Made by a program: the position numbers and the translations under genes. A stretch of 64,000 nt of DNA from Amphiscolops sp. MND2022. Taxonomy: Eukaryota. The DNA is taken from the NCBI GenBank assembly GCA_964187785.1, contig OZ076415.1, forward strand, positions 46,376,001-46,440,000. Reading direction: 5' to 3'. Positions 32,150 to 45,599 of the stretch are shown here, piece after piece (within the stretch, counting starts at the first letter, position 1; each line of letters opens with the position of its first letter). Under the pieces are notes generated by a model, which was not told the origin of the DNA, did no database searches, and saw nothing but the letters and a program-made list of their open reading frames with translations.

Positions 32150-35100
32150 GGTTGAATCAATCAATACCTTCTCTCATTGTGGCAATTCGTTTGCAATGAC
32201 CGTTGTTGGTAGGATTTTCGAGTTAAGGTTGAATCCTAGGTTGTAGTCTAGGTGGTATGATGAGTCGTGTTATACTTGAGTACTGTCAATGGTGGATGTT
32301 TATGCAATTTGCGCCTGTACTCCCACAAGACTTTTGCGAAATCGGTCTCAAGACTGGCATGCGTTCTGCCAAATGGCGTTTATCCATTTGCGGATGTTCA
32401 GTTGTCTCACACTTAGATTGAATGCACAGAATTTTGTCCTACTTTGGAAACTAACTCTGACGTAAAAGCTGTTCCTCTTTCGATATTCAAAGTTGTAGGC
32501 GGCAAAATGTGATTCTTCATTTTGTCGATAAGTTCTTTAGCAGTGTTTGAATATGCGAAAATGTATCGAGAGAAAGTATCGGGGAACAATAACATCGCTG
32601 TCATAATATTGTCATGACATCCACTTGGTGGCACGTTAGACAATTGGTCGTTCAGTATTGCGTCTTCTGGACATTTATCACAATCTGGTATGTTAAGCGT
32701 TTCGGGGGTTGTATACGCGTTTGTTCTTTGCTTATCTTTGATGCCGTTTTTGCACTCTTGTACCCACTTGCTGACAATGTTTGTTATGCCCGCATATTAT
32801 TTTTTGACGTGTTTATCGCAATATTCTAGATTTTCCCGGAGGTCCATTTACTCTTCCGTGGTAAGTTCCGTCACGCAGATTTTAGTTTTAAAAACTTGTT
32901 TGTACTTTACGTTGCCCGTTTCATCGTATTACTGCTTGGTATGAATTTCGTCTTGAATTAGGACTCGGTTCAAATTGCAACAGTAATGTTGATAATGATT
33001 ATCCTTCTGTTGAATCGGCTTTGAATATTCTTCTTGCAGTATTCCGAGGTACAGTTGTTGTTATATGACCTCGTAATTCTGTTCAATGGCGATTGTGTTG
33101 ATATTCGAAAGTTGTAGAAAAGTTCGTGATAATTGCTATGATGAACACTGATCTTCGCAACTGGAGTGTTTGTTTTTTGATTGATTTTTGTTCTCGGTTG
33201 TTTTTTGCGTAGCCACAATTGCTCTGTTGTCTCGTCGTCAGCAGTTTTCTTTAAGGATTTTGGGTTCGTTTTTTTACAAGCCGCTGGCATAAACGGTAGC
33301 GTTTTAACGTTGTCCTGATGTAGGTGCCATTTGTTCATCTGATCTACAGGTTTGACATATTTCATCTTCTAAGGTGTCAGGACAAAGAAATTGGGCATGT
33401 ACGAGCCCTTAATGGTTTTATGAGGATAATCTGTGAAATTGTGCACATGAATGGTATTCCGAACTTAAGTCAGTCTCACTACAACAGCACAGATTTTGAC
33501 GTCACCATCTTCATTGAAAGCATTGCTCGATTGAAGTGTTCCAGTGACAAAGTTGTGAGCATTCGTTTTGGAAAGCATTGTGACGAGTTGGTTATCATTT
33601 TGAGGTAGTCCTACGGACTACAGTAAGTCTCCATGATGTTGGTGTCTTTGTGATCCGCTGTTTCAGTTACATCGTGAAAAAAAGGAAATTTAAGACTCCT
33701 TGTTTTTTGTCTAAAATGGTATCATTCCATTGTATGGATGAGAGACCATTTAGCAGACTGGAAAATTTCTCCCATACTATAAAGATTTCATGAAAATCGA
33801 CGTCGCTGGTTTCAAATTTCAATTCTATTGTTCTTTTGGAAGTTTGCAGCAGTCCATTTGCAAACGCGAACTCGAAGTTTGGTGCTGGTCTTTGTTTATT
33901 GTTTGACTGAAGGTCTAATAAACGGATCTTGAGTAGATCAGCTGCTGGGTTTGCTCTTGATAATGCCGTGCCCGCAAGGCATCTAGTTCGCCAATTTCAC
34001 TTGAAAAGTAAAGCATTCGTCGTTTGCGTTTGAGTCCAAGGCTTGTCAGCGGGACAAAGTTGGGTTCCCCGAATCTCAAGAATATGTTGTTCATAAAAAG
34101 AATCTCAACTGCTGTAGTCGGAGTGACCTGTGGTGCGTCTCTGTTGATCATTTCCTCTGGCTCACCGTTAGCCAGTGGTTTTACAGGGTCACTGTTACAC
34201 TGCCAAGGATCACATAAAGTTGATGAAAAGGTCATTGATAGCGTAAACGATCTCTAGGAGTCGTGCTCTATTTCATTTTCAGTTCGTTTTTCACTTTTGC
34301 AATTATGTGGAATCGTGGCAAATTTAATTTTTTTTTTTGGGTTTTGTAAAATGAAAGTGATTGATGCGTGCCATTAGGACTTTCAGCTCCCTAATTGAGT
34401 TTCTCTAGGAAATGGGGCAGTTTCGTGGCGTTCAAACGGAACACCAATCTGTTCCATTTATGTTTGGCAGTTGCCTTGAATCTGGTTTGTCGTCTTTCGC
34501 GTAGAAAATGGCAAGATTGTCCTCCAGGATTGTTTTGTTGCCTGAATGTATGTTGCGAAATATTCACAAAAAGTTTTTGCGCAACAACGAATGAAAATAG
34601 TTTATACTCATTGTTTCAGTCATACCTTGTTGCATAAGAATCATAGAATGGAACAAATTCCCAAAATGCTCGATTCTACTAATCTGCCATCGAATGTCAG
34701 CGTGGTGGTACTTACCTGGCGTACCATCAGTGTTTGAGCTGATGATCAGTTGTTCATGCCAACTGCTATATCTGCGAGACAGTTGATGGGGTTAGAAGAA
34801 GGGGTATTTTGAGTTGTTATCTCTGAGACTGGAAGAGTTGTGTCCCGAGACACATAATGGGCTGAGTCTTGGCGTTGAAAGTTTTCCCGGGATTGCATGG
34901 GCCGTCAGGTCACGAACTCAGGTACCTTCCGTGCATTTTGGGAGACTACTTAACACTGCATTCTGTAGTGATTAGGGTGTCGTTGATTGGAATCCTTTTT
35001 GGAACGAATTGCCAGCAATGTGCTGCTTGTTTCAGTTTCGGGGTTCCTGTGTAGTCCGTAGGATTGAAGTTTCACTCTTCTGCTAAAACTGTTTTCTGGT

Positions 35101-35300
35101 GTACTTAGACTACTTTTCAAAGTTGGAAGGACTTTTTTTGTTTCATCTCAGAATACTTCCGTTCAAAAATGAAACTTAGTTTGCCCCAAGAAATCGATTC
35201 ATACCGATTTGAAGAATTATATCGCTGACGTAAATCCATGACGTATATTTAAAATGCTGAGAAATCTGAGTCTACAAAATAAAAACCTTTTGTTTTTACT
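32150..35300 (-). pseudogene. Heavily deleted gag-pol of the older Gypsy relative
   Basis: Remnants VPEFVT..PMQSR (gag), LTSLGLKRKRRMLYF (before protease), MKYVKPVD, PPSGCHDNIMTA..FSRYIFAY and LGFNLNSKILPTT (integrase), all colinear with the giant element. Confidence 0.8.
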
Positions 35301-36489
35301 TTCGGCTTCGCTCAAGTTAACGGGATTTTTGTAAAGATGCCAAAAATCGAAAACTCCTTCACCGCGTAAAACAGAATTGGTTTCTTAGATCCCTTGCTGG
35401 AACGATTTCGCCTCCACTTGTTTGGAAACAACAAAGCCTTTTCAATTACACTGCAAATTTTTAGAAGCTTTGAGTGGCCAATATCTTTTTCCAAAGATTA
35501 GTGGCGAAATCATTTCAACAATGAATCTAAGAAACCAATTTGTCTTACCTGGTGTAGGAGTTTTAGATTTTTATTGTGGAAAATCTATTACTACATTCCC
35601 TGCGTCTATATAACAAGGAACGCCAGCAAGCAAAATGATTCAACTCGATCTAAAACAAAGCGTCGCGTACGCAAAATGAGCCTCAAATCTTTTGGATGTT
35701 CAAGCCATTTGCGCCTTGTCAATTAAAAAGTTGCGTCCATAAATAAGTATATTGTGAGGTAGGTGTAAATATGACATTAAAAAACTGTACGCAGACTAGG
35801 AGAAATTGATTGTTATATTTTTTAAATAGAACATATTTTTAGCATGAGCGCTTTTCAGAAAGTGCATGCAAATTACAGCGTTGCCTGAAATATCTACCCA
35901 TTTCAGGCCCAAAGTTCATGTGTTTTCTGAAAGCATTGAAGTCAAAGGCTTCAACAAACAAAGCAGTTGTACTTCATTTATAACGTAATCATACTGCAAA
36001 GTCAAACTTCTGAGAAATGTTGAAACAATGTCTGCACGAAGAGCGATTGTAAACTATGATTTTACACTGCAGACTGTAAGTGTGTACAAGTACAGTAAGT
36101 AAATGTGACGAAGACGTTCTACCAAGACATAAATTACAATCTTAGTTTTTGTTAAAATCGTTCTCTGCACAGACTTCTTATCTTAGTGTTACTGTTTTGA
36201 AACCTGAGATTTTCGATTGAGCCAAGAACACATATTTTGTGACGTTCCCATATAGAATATTGGTGGTTAGTTATCTTGTGAATTTCGATCTAGTCTATTA
36301 TCAACCCAAATCGCATCGTAACCATCACTGTGAACTTGATTCCAATCCTAAACTCAAGGGTAAGTCAACAGACACTGCTGACCACAAAGTAGGACATATG
36401 ATAAAAGGTACTTCTAATCACACAAAAAAATAGTTGAGACTGCTTAAATTTTTGACACGTTTTCAAAATTTTTCCTTCAGAAAGAAATC

Positions 36490-36975
36490 TGGTAATGACA
36501 GATTTCGTCCCAAACCGATTTCGTCCCACACATATTTCGTCCCATTTTTTACAACCAAAACAGATTTCGTCCCATTTTTGACAGATATCGTTCCACATCC
36601 ATTAAAATGACTTTGGCTGTTAATTATTGATTATGTTTACGATAACATAGTCAGCTATGTTCACATACACCTAGTGCCCCAAATGCAGGAGCGAAGCGAA
36701 GCGGAGCGACGTGCCATATGGCCATGCCTCAGTGTTGCTAGGGAGCGAAGCGACCGAGCCATGCAACAAATATGCTAACCTCTTCAAATAATAACCTGAA
36801 AATAACCATTCATTTTGAGGTCACATTTTGAAATGAATAAATTATACCGATTAGTGCCTAATTTTGGGTATAGCATAGAATAATTTCCCATAATCCGGGA
36901 CAAAATCTGTCAAAAATGGGACCAAATCTGTTTAAAATGGGACGAAATCTGCCACATTCGAAATCTGTCTTTGAC
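36490..36975. mobile_element. MITE-like element with imperfect TIRs built from GATTTCGTCCC units
   Basis: Four (ca)gatttcgtccc-type units at 36497-36590 and inverted gggac(g)aaatctg units at 36895-36969. Internal gagcgaagcga motifs. Confidence 0.65.
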
Positions 36976-37218
36976 AATTTCCGTAATATACCTGGTGTAT
37001 CAAAACAAGATGTCATACAAAAAAAAACATTTCATGGTCGTGCTATGACTGAAGGGTTTTCATATACTGTCATTGTATGAACTAAATGTTTTCATAATGG
37101 GTCATCTATTCTGAACTGAATGTTTTGTATAGGGTCATTGTACGACTTCCATGTTTTCCATAGGAGATGATTGCAAAACTGATTTTTTCCTGTAAAACCA
37201 TTCAAATTGTTAGGGCCT

Positions 37219-37900
37219 TCAGCTGTAAAATTTGAAGGTGAAACGGGAGATCACTCCATCTTCACCTCCAGTATCGAAAGCGAACAAAGTGAAATTTTCT
37301 GCATACTCAAACTGTAAACAAAGTACAAAACTCGTTGATTTCTTTCCATATTTACATTGAGTACATCCAGCATGAATTGTGCTTCGAACTAGATCAATCA
37401 TGAGAAAATCAGCGTCAGATACCGAAATTCGAGAGATTGGTTGAGGAGTATCCGACAATATCTACCAGAATGTTAATTGCCTACTTTATGTTAATTTGCA
37501 ATATATGGAAAAAATGTAGTCCACAAAATGACCATGCTATGGCCATGGCACGATTTGAATGTTTTTGTTGTGTGGTTATCGTATGATTTAGCTGATTTCA
37601 TACATTGTTCAAATGATTTTCAATAAAATCTTTTTTGTTTTTTTTTGTGGAGGTCACCCCGGGGACTTGAAAAACTGGATAATAATTGCCAGATACTGTC
37701 ATCATGATTTTACGAGTATCTCACGAGAATTGTCAAGCACTGATTTTACCTGATATACTCGATTGCTGTCATGCCGGATACATGAGAGCAACGAATTAAT
37801 AATGCAAAAAAGGAAAGCTGAAATTGAAGCAGAAACACTCAAAACAATGCTTTCAGGATATTACATACCCTGGTCCATTTGAATTCACGAATACCATTTT
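37219..37900 (-). pseudogene. Possible remnant of a small spliced gene
   Basis: Several well-formed minus-strand GT/AG sites and a protein-like ORF at 37219-37458. I could not join them into one stop-free frame. Confidence 0.2.
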
Positions 37901-38348
37901 CACTAGTTTAGTATAGTGCTGATGTAAACAACCCTCATTCAAGCCAACGCTTCATTTCAACGAAAGTATTTATTAGAACAAAGAAAATTAAAATTTAATA
38001 AACTTTTAGTTTTACAGTTTTCAAAAAAACGTTTCTGATTTTGGTCTCCTTTAGTCGAGTCCAAATCAATTTTTACAATCAGAGTTCCAATTCATTTATT
38101 ACAGTAAAAGATATTGTAAAAGATAGAATAGTTATCGAGAAAGCCCTCTTGTAAGATAGTGGTGTCTTCACAACATTACAATACAACAAAATGTCTCCTC
38201 CTGTCTTGACCTAAAAATTAAACTTTCTTTTTCGTGTAGATTAATTGTGATGAAAATGTTAGAACATCTATCATTTGGGAATACATTTAGAACAGGACAA
38301 AGTTGGAGTGTGTTTTTTCTACTGTGAGTTTTCTTCTACACAGGAAGA

Positions 38349-38720
38349 ATGAGTTCTAGCGAAGAAAGAGTCAACAGAGCTAATGGAAATTGTTCGAAAT
38401 GCCATCTACCAGTGGAAGATCAATGGGCTGGTCGAGTGAATGGGAGTGCTGTGTTCATGGAAAACTGCAGACGCTGTTATCCTAACAGCATTAGTGTATT
38501 CTACAAGCCAGATGAAACTATCGACAAAACTTCTTCTTCTGAGGGTGTTTTTGGCAACACCAGACGAATGCGCTCAGGCGATATTGTTGAGACTTCCTTG
38601 GGATGTCAAAGGGCTAATGACAGGGTTGGCAGTTTTAAACATGATTTCAATCAATGTATTGTTATAACGACAGCGATGAAAAACGTTTCAAAAATTAAAG
38701 GATTCCAAAAAACACTGTGA
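38349..38720 (+). CDS. 123-aa ORF with two CxxC pairs; possible first coding exon of paralog B
   Basis: ATG lies 5 nt after an acceptor-like TTCTACACAG (38343). Contains CSKC-x21-CRRC. No convincing donor found. Confidence 0.35.
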   Translation: MSSSEERVNRANGNCSKCHLPVEDQWAGRVNGSAVFMENCRRCYPNSISVFYKPDETIDKTSSSEGVFGNTRRMRSGDIVETSLGCQRANDRVGSFKHDFNQCIVITTAMKNVSKIKGFQKTL

Positions 38721-39162
38721 TCACTTTCGAAAACTTGACAAGAGTTTAGACCGAGAATTAGTTATCAGCGGGAAGCAGTAAAACTTCCGGCCAAAATCAT
38801 TTCCAGCGAAACTAACTTTAAAGCTTTCAAGGCGAGAGAGAGCTTATGCTTACGAAACGTTTGAAACTTGAGCAAAAACTTCATAGTTTTGAAATGTTGT
38901 GTTTTTGACAGATTCTGGCACCTTTTTTTTGATGAGAAAAATTGCTGAGGAGCTAATTTTTTGATCTTTCAATTCTCTGGATTGTTATGATGAAATTGAA
39001 CCATTTCAGACATACACATCAAACTAAAATTATTCTTACATCATTCTGATGATTTTTGGCACCATTTTTTATGTTCAAATTTTTAACTTTCAGCATTTTT
39101 ATGCAACTTTTAAAAACGGTTTGTTAACAAGGATGAAAATTAAAATATTTGTTTTTGTTAAG

Positions 39163-40120
39163 GACGTGGCGAGGCTGACCTTGTCGAACATTTCAAAAGT
39201 TCAAACAGGTGATAAAATTCAGCTGGAAAACAACAACGGCGTTTCTTGCATAATGGAAGTTACCAGCAACACGACGATTCGAAACCAAATTGAAGGATTC
39301 GTAAACACAGATGGAATGAAAGAAAAACAAGTCTTGTCGTATGTGAAGATATTTGAAATGGACGGAAAAGTGATTAGCAATGCGAGGGAAGGCGCTTTCG
39401 TAAATCTTCCTTCTGGAGTTGACCGAGAAGCTTTTGCCGAAACTTGTCTTGAGAACACGAATGACCACAACCAATGTCCTGTTCTCATAAAATTAACAGC
39501 AGAGAATATACGAAAAGTTTCGCCAGGGGACAAACTTCGACTCAAGACAACGGATGGGTCCTTCTCCAAATTCAAAGTAACCGATAACAAACAAGAAGCA
39601 TCCAAAATCGAAGGGAAATTCAAGGTTAATGGGAAAAAGTTCAATAGAATATTTCCATACGAAGATGTATTTAAACAAGACGGCCATGTGAAACTGGAGG
39701 ATTCCGATGATGTCGATAAATGGAATGAAAGGCTTTGTATTCCCGTTGATTTGCCACTGTCTGAAACCTCAGATGAACGAACCGTTCTGATTGGTCAAGA
39801 ACAAACTGATCAACGAAACGACGGGAACTTTTCCGAGAATTCTTCTTTGATTCAAGAATTTTTAGAAATGATAAAGCGGGGTTACATTGACGCTGTGAAC
39901 TTCATTAAAGTAACCCAGAATGATTTTAACGTTTTGCTGGAGCAAAACATTCCGATCTTTTCGAAGATTTTGAAACAGCATATGACAGGTGCCGTCAAAC
40001 GTAAAATTAGCGTCTGGAAGATGTTTTTGCTGAGTGCTTGGCGAAAACGTGCGATGACTGTTAAGGGTGCAGTTGCAACCGGAGCTACTGTTGGTTCAGT
40101 TGTTGGCGGAGCTGCTTCAG
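39163..40120 (+). CDS. Host gene paralog B, large exon with two 66-aa repeats
   Basis: Acceptor TTTTTGTTAAG|GAC at 39162/39163 and donor TCAG|GTACAT at 40120/40121, inside ORF 39049-40143. Confidence 0.7.
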
Positions 40121-40716
40121 GTACATTTCTACTTCTACTTTGAATCAGTTTAAGATCAAGATATTCATCTCGTTCATTGTAGGCAGCTATTTTTCATATT
40201 CAACAAAACAATTACAACAAAAAAATCAATAAGTGTGATTCAATGAAACCATTCAAAAAATGCTCTGATCCAATATGTGAACGAATTATTGAAGCACAGG
40301 CCAGTTGTTCATAGAGATGATTTATCCCAATGTTATTACAAGACGTCTAAAAGGTATCATCAAAGAGACATTTTTCAAAAGAAAAAACAAAGGACGATCA
40401 ATAACTTGCACCCCCATTGAAACGATATTCACTTGATGTTTTCTGACTATATCGAGGTCTATCAATGTCGTTGATAAATTTAAAATTAAAAAACGTTTTC
40501 AACCTTACATGTGCGTTTTTATACGTCTGAGCTATCATAAATATCATGTATGCATCTGATGGCTTAACATGATTTGAAACGGAATATCATGTGGTTTCAA
40601 ACGTTTCAGGGCATTGTTACATAGACTTCTAATTATTGTTATTCCAGACTGGGTTTGATAAGAAATCAGATTCCTGATAACCTCACCTTTGATGAAGAGT
40701 AAAGTTATCTTTCCAG

Positions 40717-40943
40717 GAGCAACCTTGTTAGTGTTAGGCGAAGGAAGTATAACCTTAGCTGTGGCGTCACTGGATCTTCTCTGTGTGTCCTACCCTCTTC
40801 TTGCTTCTGCAGTTGCCGCGGTTGGAGGTTCAGCTGCTTTTCTGGCGATTGGAACTGTCGGTTTAATCCTGATCAGCATTGTTATTGGCGGAGTTGCTGG
40901 CTTTGCTCTGTACCACTTCGTGTCAAAAATCCATGTTGATTGA
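40717..40943 (+). CDS. Host gene paralog B, terminal hydrophobic exon
   Basis: Acceptor TTTCCAG|GA is in phase with the donor at 40120. Reads GATLLVLGEGSITLAVASLDLLCVSYP...SKIHVD*. Confidence 0.75.
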
Positions 40944-42609
40944 GTCCGGGAGCGAAAGGATCTTTTGATTTCTGTCATTTTGTAATTTTGCTAAGATGAA
41001 AAAAGGAAAGTGCTTCTAATTTCGTTTACAATGCATTAAATTTCAACATTTTGAACGCCTCTTATATGAATTACATGTGTGTATGAATTATGTGTAGGTT
41101 TTATCTGTATGTTCCATGGTTCATGACGCTAGTTTCATATTCTGAATTTTTTGACTAGGATTGTATTCTCTTGCGATTGTTTTGACCAAATCAATAACAA
41201 AAACTTTTTGGAAGCAAGTCTGCTGATGCCCGTTTGGGATGCTGGGCACCCAAAAACTACAAACAATCGCTGTTGGTGATAATGCTAATACGATGTTTTT
41301 GAAATTTATCTTTCACGAGAAGTTAATCGAAATTTTGAATTGGTCTAAGATCCATTTCTAATTAGTTGTTGTTTGTTATTCTACCTATAGATACCAAAAG
41401 AAGTCAAAGTAACTTACCCAGCTTTCCAGAGGCTACATTTGTGACGAAATCTTTGTGAAAATAAAAGTATTGATAGTAGTCTATGAATACTTCTATGCTC
41501 ATTCTTGGAATAACTACATGCTGCTTACATCACTTATGACCTTTTATATTAGACAGAATTTGACTAAACATTTCCAAGCGCTACCCATTTTTTAGAAACT
41601 GATTTTCTCTGTATACCGAGAGCCGCTTTTGATACATCTTATTAATCCTATCCACTCCGATAGTCTCGAATGGGGAAATGGAACTTTCATGAACAACATG
41701 AGGGTTTTTTTTCAAGGGGTTTTCTTCCCATGCCAGACCCCCTTCCACCAATTTTCCCTCACATATTAGCATATCCAGCCACTCGAATTACAGGAAAAAG
41801 TTCATTCTCTGTTTTCCACGTTAATAAGATTTAAACATTATGAATAAAATTCTAGTTTCATTTCTATTTCAATTTATAATTGGAAAAGCAATTGTTTCTG
41901 TGCAAGATTCGGAGGGGTATGTCAATTTTGACCACATACTGGGGTTTTGGGATAATGGAAACTATTCTAGGAAATTTATACTCAAATTTTATTCATGTAA
42001 AGTATATTGTTTGAAACTACATGAAGAACCTGTTGCTTCAACTTGAATCGATGTACTACTCGGGTCTCACTTTTAATCTACAAATTTGATAAATGAGCCG
42101 TGAAATATTGTTTGAGTTAACTTGCATTTATCTAGGGAGATCATCCTCCTGAGTTGATGCGTCTAGAAAGACTTGCTGTTTTATTTAGACATCATATGTG
42201 CTACATGTTCCTTGAAAACTCTTTCGAATTCATAGCTCAATTAAAGTTGCCTTGGAGATCAATTTATTCAACACTTTGTTTGAAGTACTGTGGGCGATCA
42301 CTTCATTTACTCAACTACCAATTGACAATTTTTGCACGATTTTAGCAACTTTTTCCTATAGAAAGCTTTAGAAGTGCAGAGGTAGAGTCCATTCTTGCGA
42401 TTGTTTGTTCCGTTGGAAATGTTAACGTTTTTTTATTCAACCAAAGATTCCTTTCAAGTTCTGCCGTTCGACATAAGTCTTGCAAGCAGAGTTGGAACCG
42501 GGCCTGAATATCCAGGTCCTGCCCGGTTTGGCCCGGTGAATGGTTAATGGTTTTGAAACTACTCTCAACAGACAGAAATCAAATTTAATTTGGACACTTT
42601 TTCGTAACA

Positions 42610-42909
42610 TACGAAACCGGACGAGACTAAAGGGCTCCCTTTCAATTTTTTTCGGCACTGTGCGACTTCTCAAAATTTTTGTCTCCAAAGGGTCCCCCTT
42701 CACTTTTATTGAAGTCTGCCTCGTAATATCCGGAGTAAAGCGCTATATCTGATCTTTTGACGTTCTATCCCAACTAGATTGCGTTTTATTACGGAAGAGG
42801 CGAAGGTTCGAAAACAGGAGTTGTTCACGAAAATGACCTACACATATTTTGAAAACTTCGCTTTTTGAGCCTTAGACATAGCGCCGACTTGAGTCGTTCC
42901 CGTCTTGTT
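42610..42909 (+). repeat. CTTGTT-terminated interspersed repeat
   Basis: aaaccggacgagactaaaggg...ttttcggcactgtgcgact...tagcgccgacttgagtcgttcccgtcttgtt. Confidence 0.75.
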
Positions 42910-43749
42910 ATTCTACACTTATCGAATCACAGGCCCAGCCCAGCGCGGTTCCAACTCTGCTTGCAGGCAACTTTACTGATGATGAAAATCGTCCAAGAAT
43001 CTTGCAAGATTTGTATTCTTGCAGATAAATTTTGAACAGGTATGTAGTATTGATAAAAGCTTGCTTTTCCTCAAAGTTGCTTTTCATTTTTTGCATTTGA
43101 TGTTTCTGTCCCTATGAACTTGGGTATTTTGAGGGGCTATTATTCAAGTTTCATTTCTTTTTCAGGACTTTATAATTGTAGATGCGAATGATTTTGTGCG
43201 AAATCGGGGGGAATAGGTATGTCAGTTTTAACCACATTCTAGGAGTTTGGGAGAATAGAAACTATTGGAGGAATTTTACACTCAAAGCTTCTTCCCGTAA
43301 AATATATTGTTTGAAACTACACGAAAAACCTGTTACTTTAATTTGAATCGATCCAAATTTAATCAATGAGCCGTGAAAAATCGTTTGAAATAACTTAAAT
43401 TTATCAAGTAAGATCTTCCTGATGAGTTGAGTTGTCATAAAAAACTTGCAAATCTATGAATCCCACATTCAGCTCTTCTTTGATGATGTCATGAGATTAT
43501 GACTTTCTTACATGAGAACTCTTTGGGGCAAAAATTGGCTAAACCCTGGAACATTGCTTGGTTCAACTTGATTATAAGAATGCAGCGAATACTGTTTGAG
43601 CATCAATGTTCAATGCCATACAGTATATATTTGAAACGCGCTCGTGATAACAAACAAAAACATAGGTTCTTCACTTGAAAGGGTAACGTTTGTGCTAATT
43701 CTGAAGATTTATGTTTTCACAATTAGATATTCTTTTCCTGATCTGGGGC

Positions 43750-44120
43750 TTTGATGAAACCTACATTCCAATGCTTTGAACATTACAAATGGCCGTTGTA
43801 ATGAGTGAAGTCCATGTTTTCCCTTAGATCACTTGCAAACGGATGAAATCTCAATAGACTCTGTTAGTCTATCACAACATATTAGGTCATTTCCAGCGTT
43901 AAAATCCGTGATTTCGTTCTTTTGGGAAGATCATTCTCTACTTGGTACGGACTCAGGGTCTTGTTGAACTTTCAGGTCTATTTAAAACGGTGCCTAACTC
44001 TCTTTCTAACGAGTTTGAATTTCCTTCTCCTAACATGACATCCATGTTACCGTAATCGGACAATATGTCCATTTCTCAAGATTTTATAGCTTTCGCTTTT
44101 TGTTTTCTAATTGACGGCAT
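43750..44120 (-). pseudogene. Decayed gag-leader relic (probable solo-LTR remnant)
   Basis: From 44120: MPSIRKQKAKAIKS*EMDILSDYGNMDVMLGEG, homologous to MPSTRKQKAREKRSRQSDVLSDIENLDVMLG. CCAAT-rich LTR-like DNA lies upstream to ~44850. Confidence 0.65.
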
Positions 44121-45599
44121 GAATGTTTGTACAGGAGGAAACATTTAAATTGTTCCTGGGATGTAAGTTATCAACTCAGGTTTAACAGTGAAACTTTAAT
44201 AAAGTTACTTGTAATAACGTAGATTAAAAAATTAAGTCTTAAAAGCCCGACTCGGGTATATATACTCAAGTCGGCATGATACTCAGAGTCTTATCATCAT
44301 GTTGCTAGAAATAGAATAAATCTAAAACTAGCTACATCTCGTAGTTCTCAAAAGAGAACATATCTTCAGTTTTTTTGGGGGGGGGGGAGGGCAGCACGAT
44401 CAAAGCCTGTCGCGGTTCGCACAAAGGGGGGAAGGGAGTGACGCATGGCCTAATAAGGCCAATATTGTGGAACCAATAAGCAGCAACGATTTTATATGTT
44501 ATTATTCCATGCACTGTAGGACCCATTCTGCCATTGGCCTTGTTGGGCTTTTCAAGGTGTACTAACTGGTGGGTCTAATATGAGTGTACCAGTTGTATTT
44601 CATGATAAGGTCAGTCAAAGCACTAGTACGTGAAGGGCTTTATTTACATGTAAGTAATATAGCTTCAATAATTCCCGCTTTCATTCAATGTTAAAGCATC
44701 AATAACTAATTGGGTATTTTGACCGGTACGGCTACATAGTCATGCCTGTCCATTCTGGTTGATTATTATTACTGCTATAAATCAATGCAACGGTGATTGA
44801 ATGCAAGGCCGTGATTGGCCAATTCACCGAAGACGGCTATGCTAGCTATACTGAGTAGGCAGACATTTGAGACATTTGAACTCGTTTCTTTTTGCCTGTC
44901 AGTTTAGCTTTCTGGCAAGTAATAAAATACAAAACTACATTAACCGCATTTATATGTTTTGAACGTGATAAAAGTATTAAAAATTTATATAAAGTTTCAA
45001 GGAAAATATAGTTCAAAGTTTGAAAGTTTTCGTTGTAAAGGCAGCGTTCCTGGTAGGGCGATCCGTCGGTTCGGGTCGATGGTATATAAGTTACCGTCAC
45101 AGGCGGTAGCTTGGGACGGCCATTTCTGAAGGAGGTTTTTTTTCAAATTCAAACTTATTCGAACAACTTCATTTTATTTAGGGTTACTCTGAGATTCAGC
45201 AGTAATTGATCTGTTGCGATGACTATTGACCAACAGGGCTGCGACATCCGAGTTGAATATTCGGCAACTGATTTCAAAATTGCTTGAAACTCCATGTGAT
45301 ATAAACCTAAAAAGTTTCATTCGATTCCAAAAGAGATGTAACGTTGTTTTTCTGATTTGAAAATCCGAATTCGAAATTAGGGCAAGGTGGCTTTTTTTGG
45401 AATGGTACGAATCAGTCGATTTGATACAAGACAAAATAGCTGCCACATCACCACCATCAAAAGGTCATCAACTCACATGATAAAGATAGAGATAAAGAGC
45501 TGTCAATTTATTCAGACACCTTCAGTGTTGCCATTAATGTCATTACAGTTTAGATTGTTAGCTATGTTATGCGAATACATCATGGCGCAGCAAGCAAGG

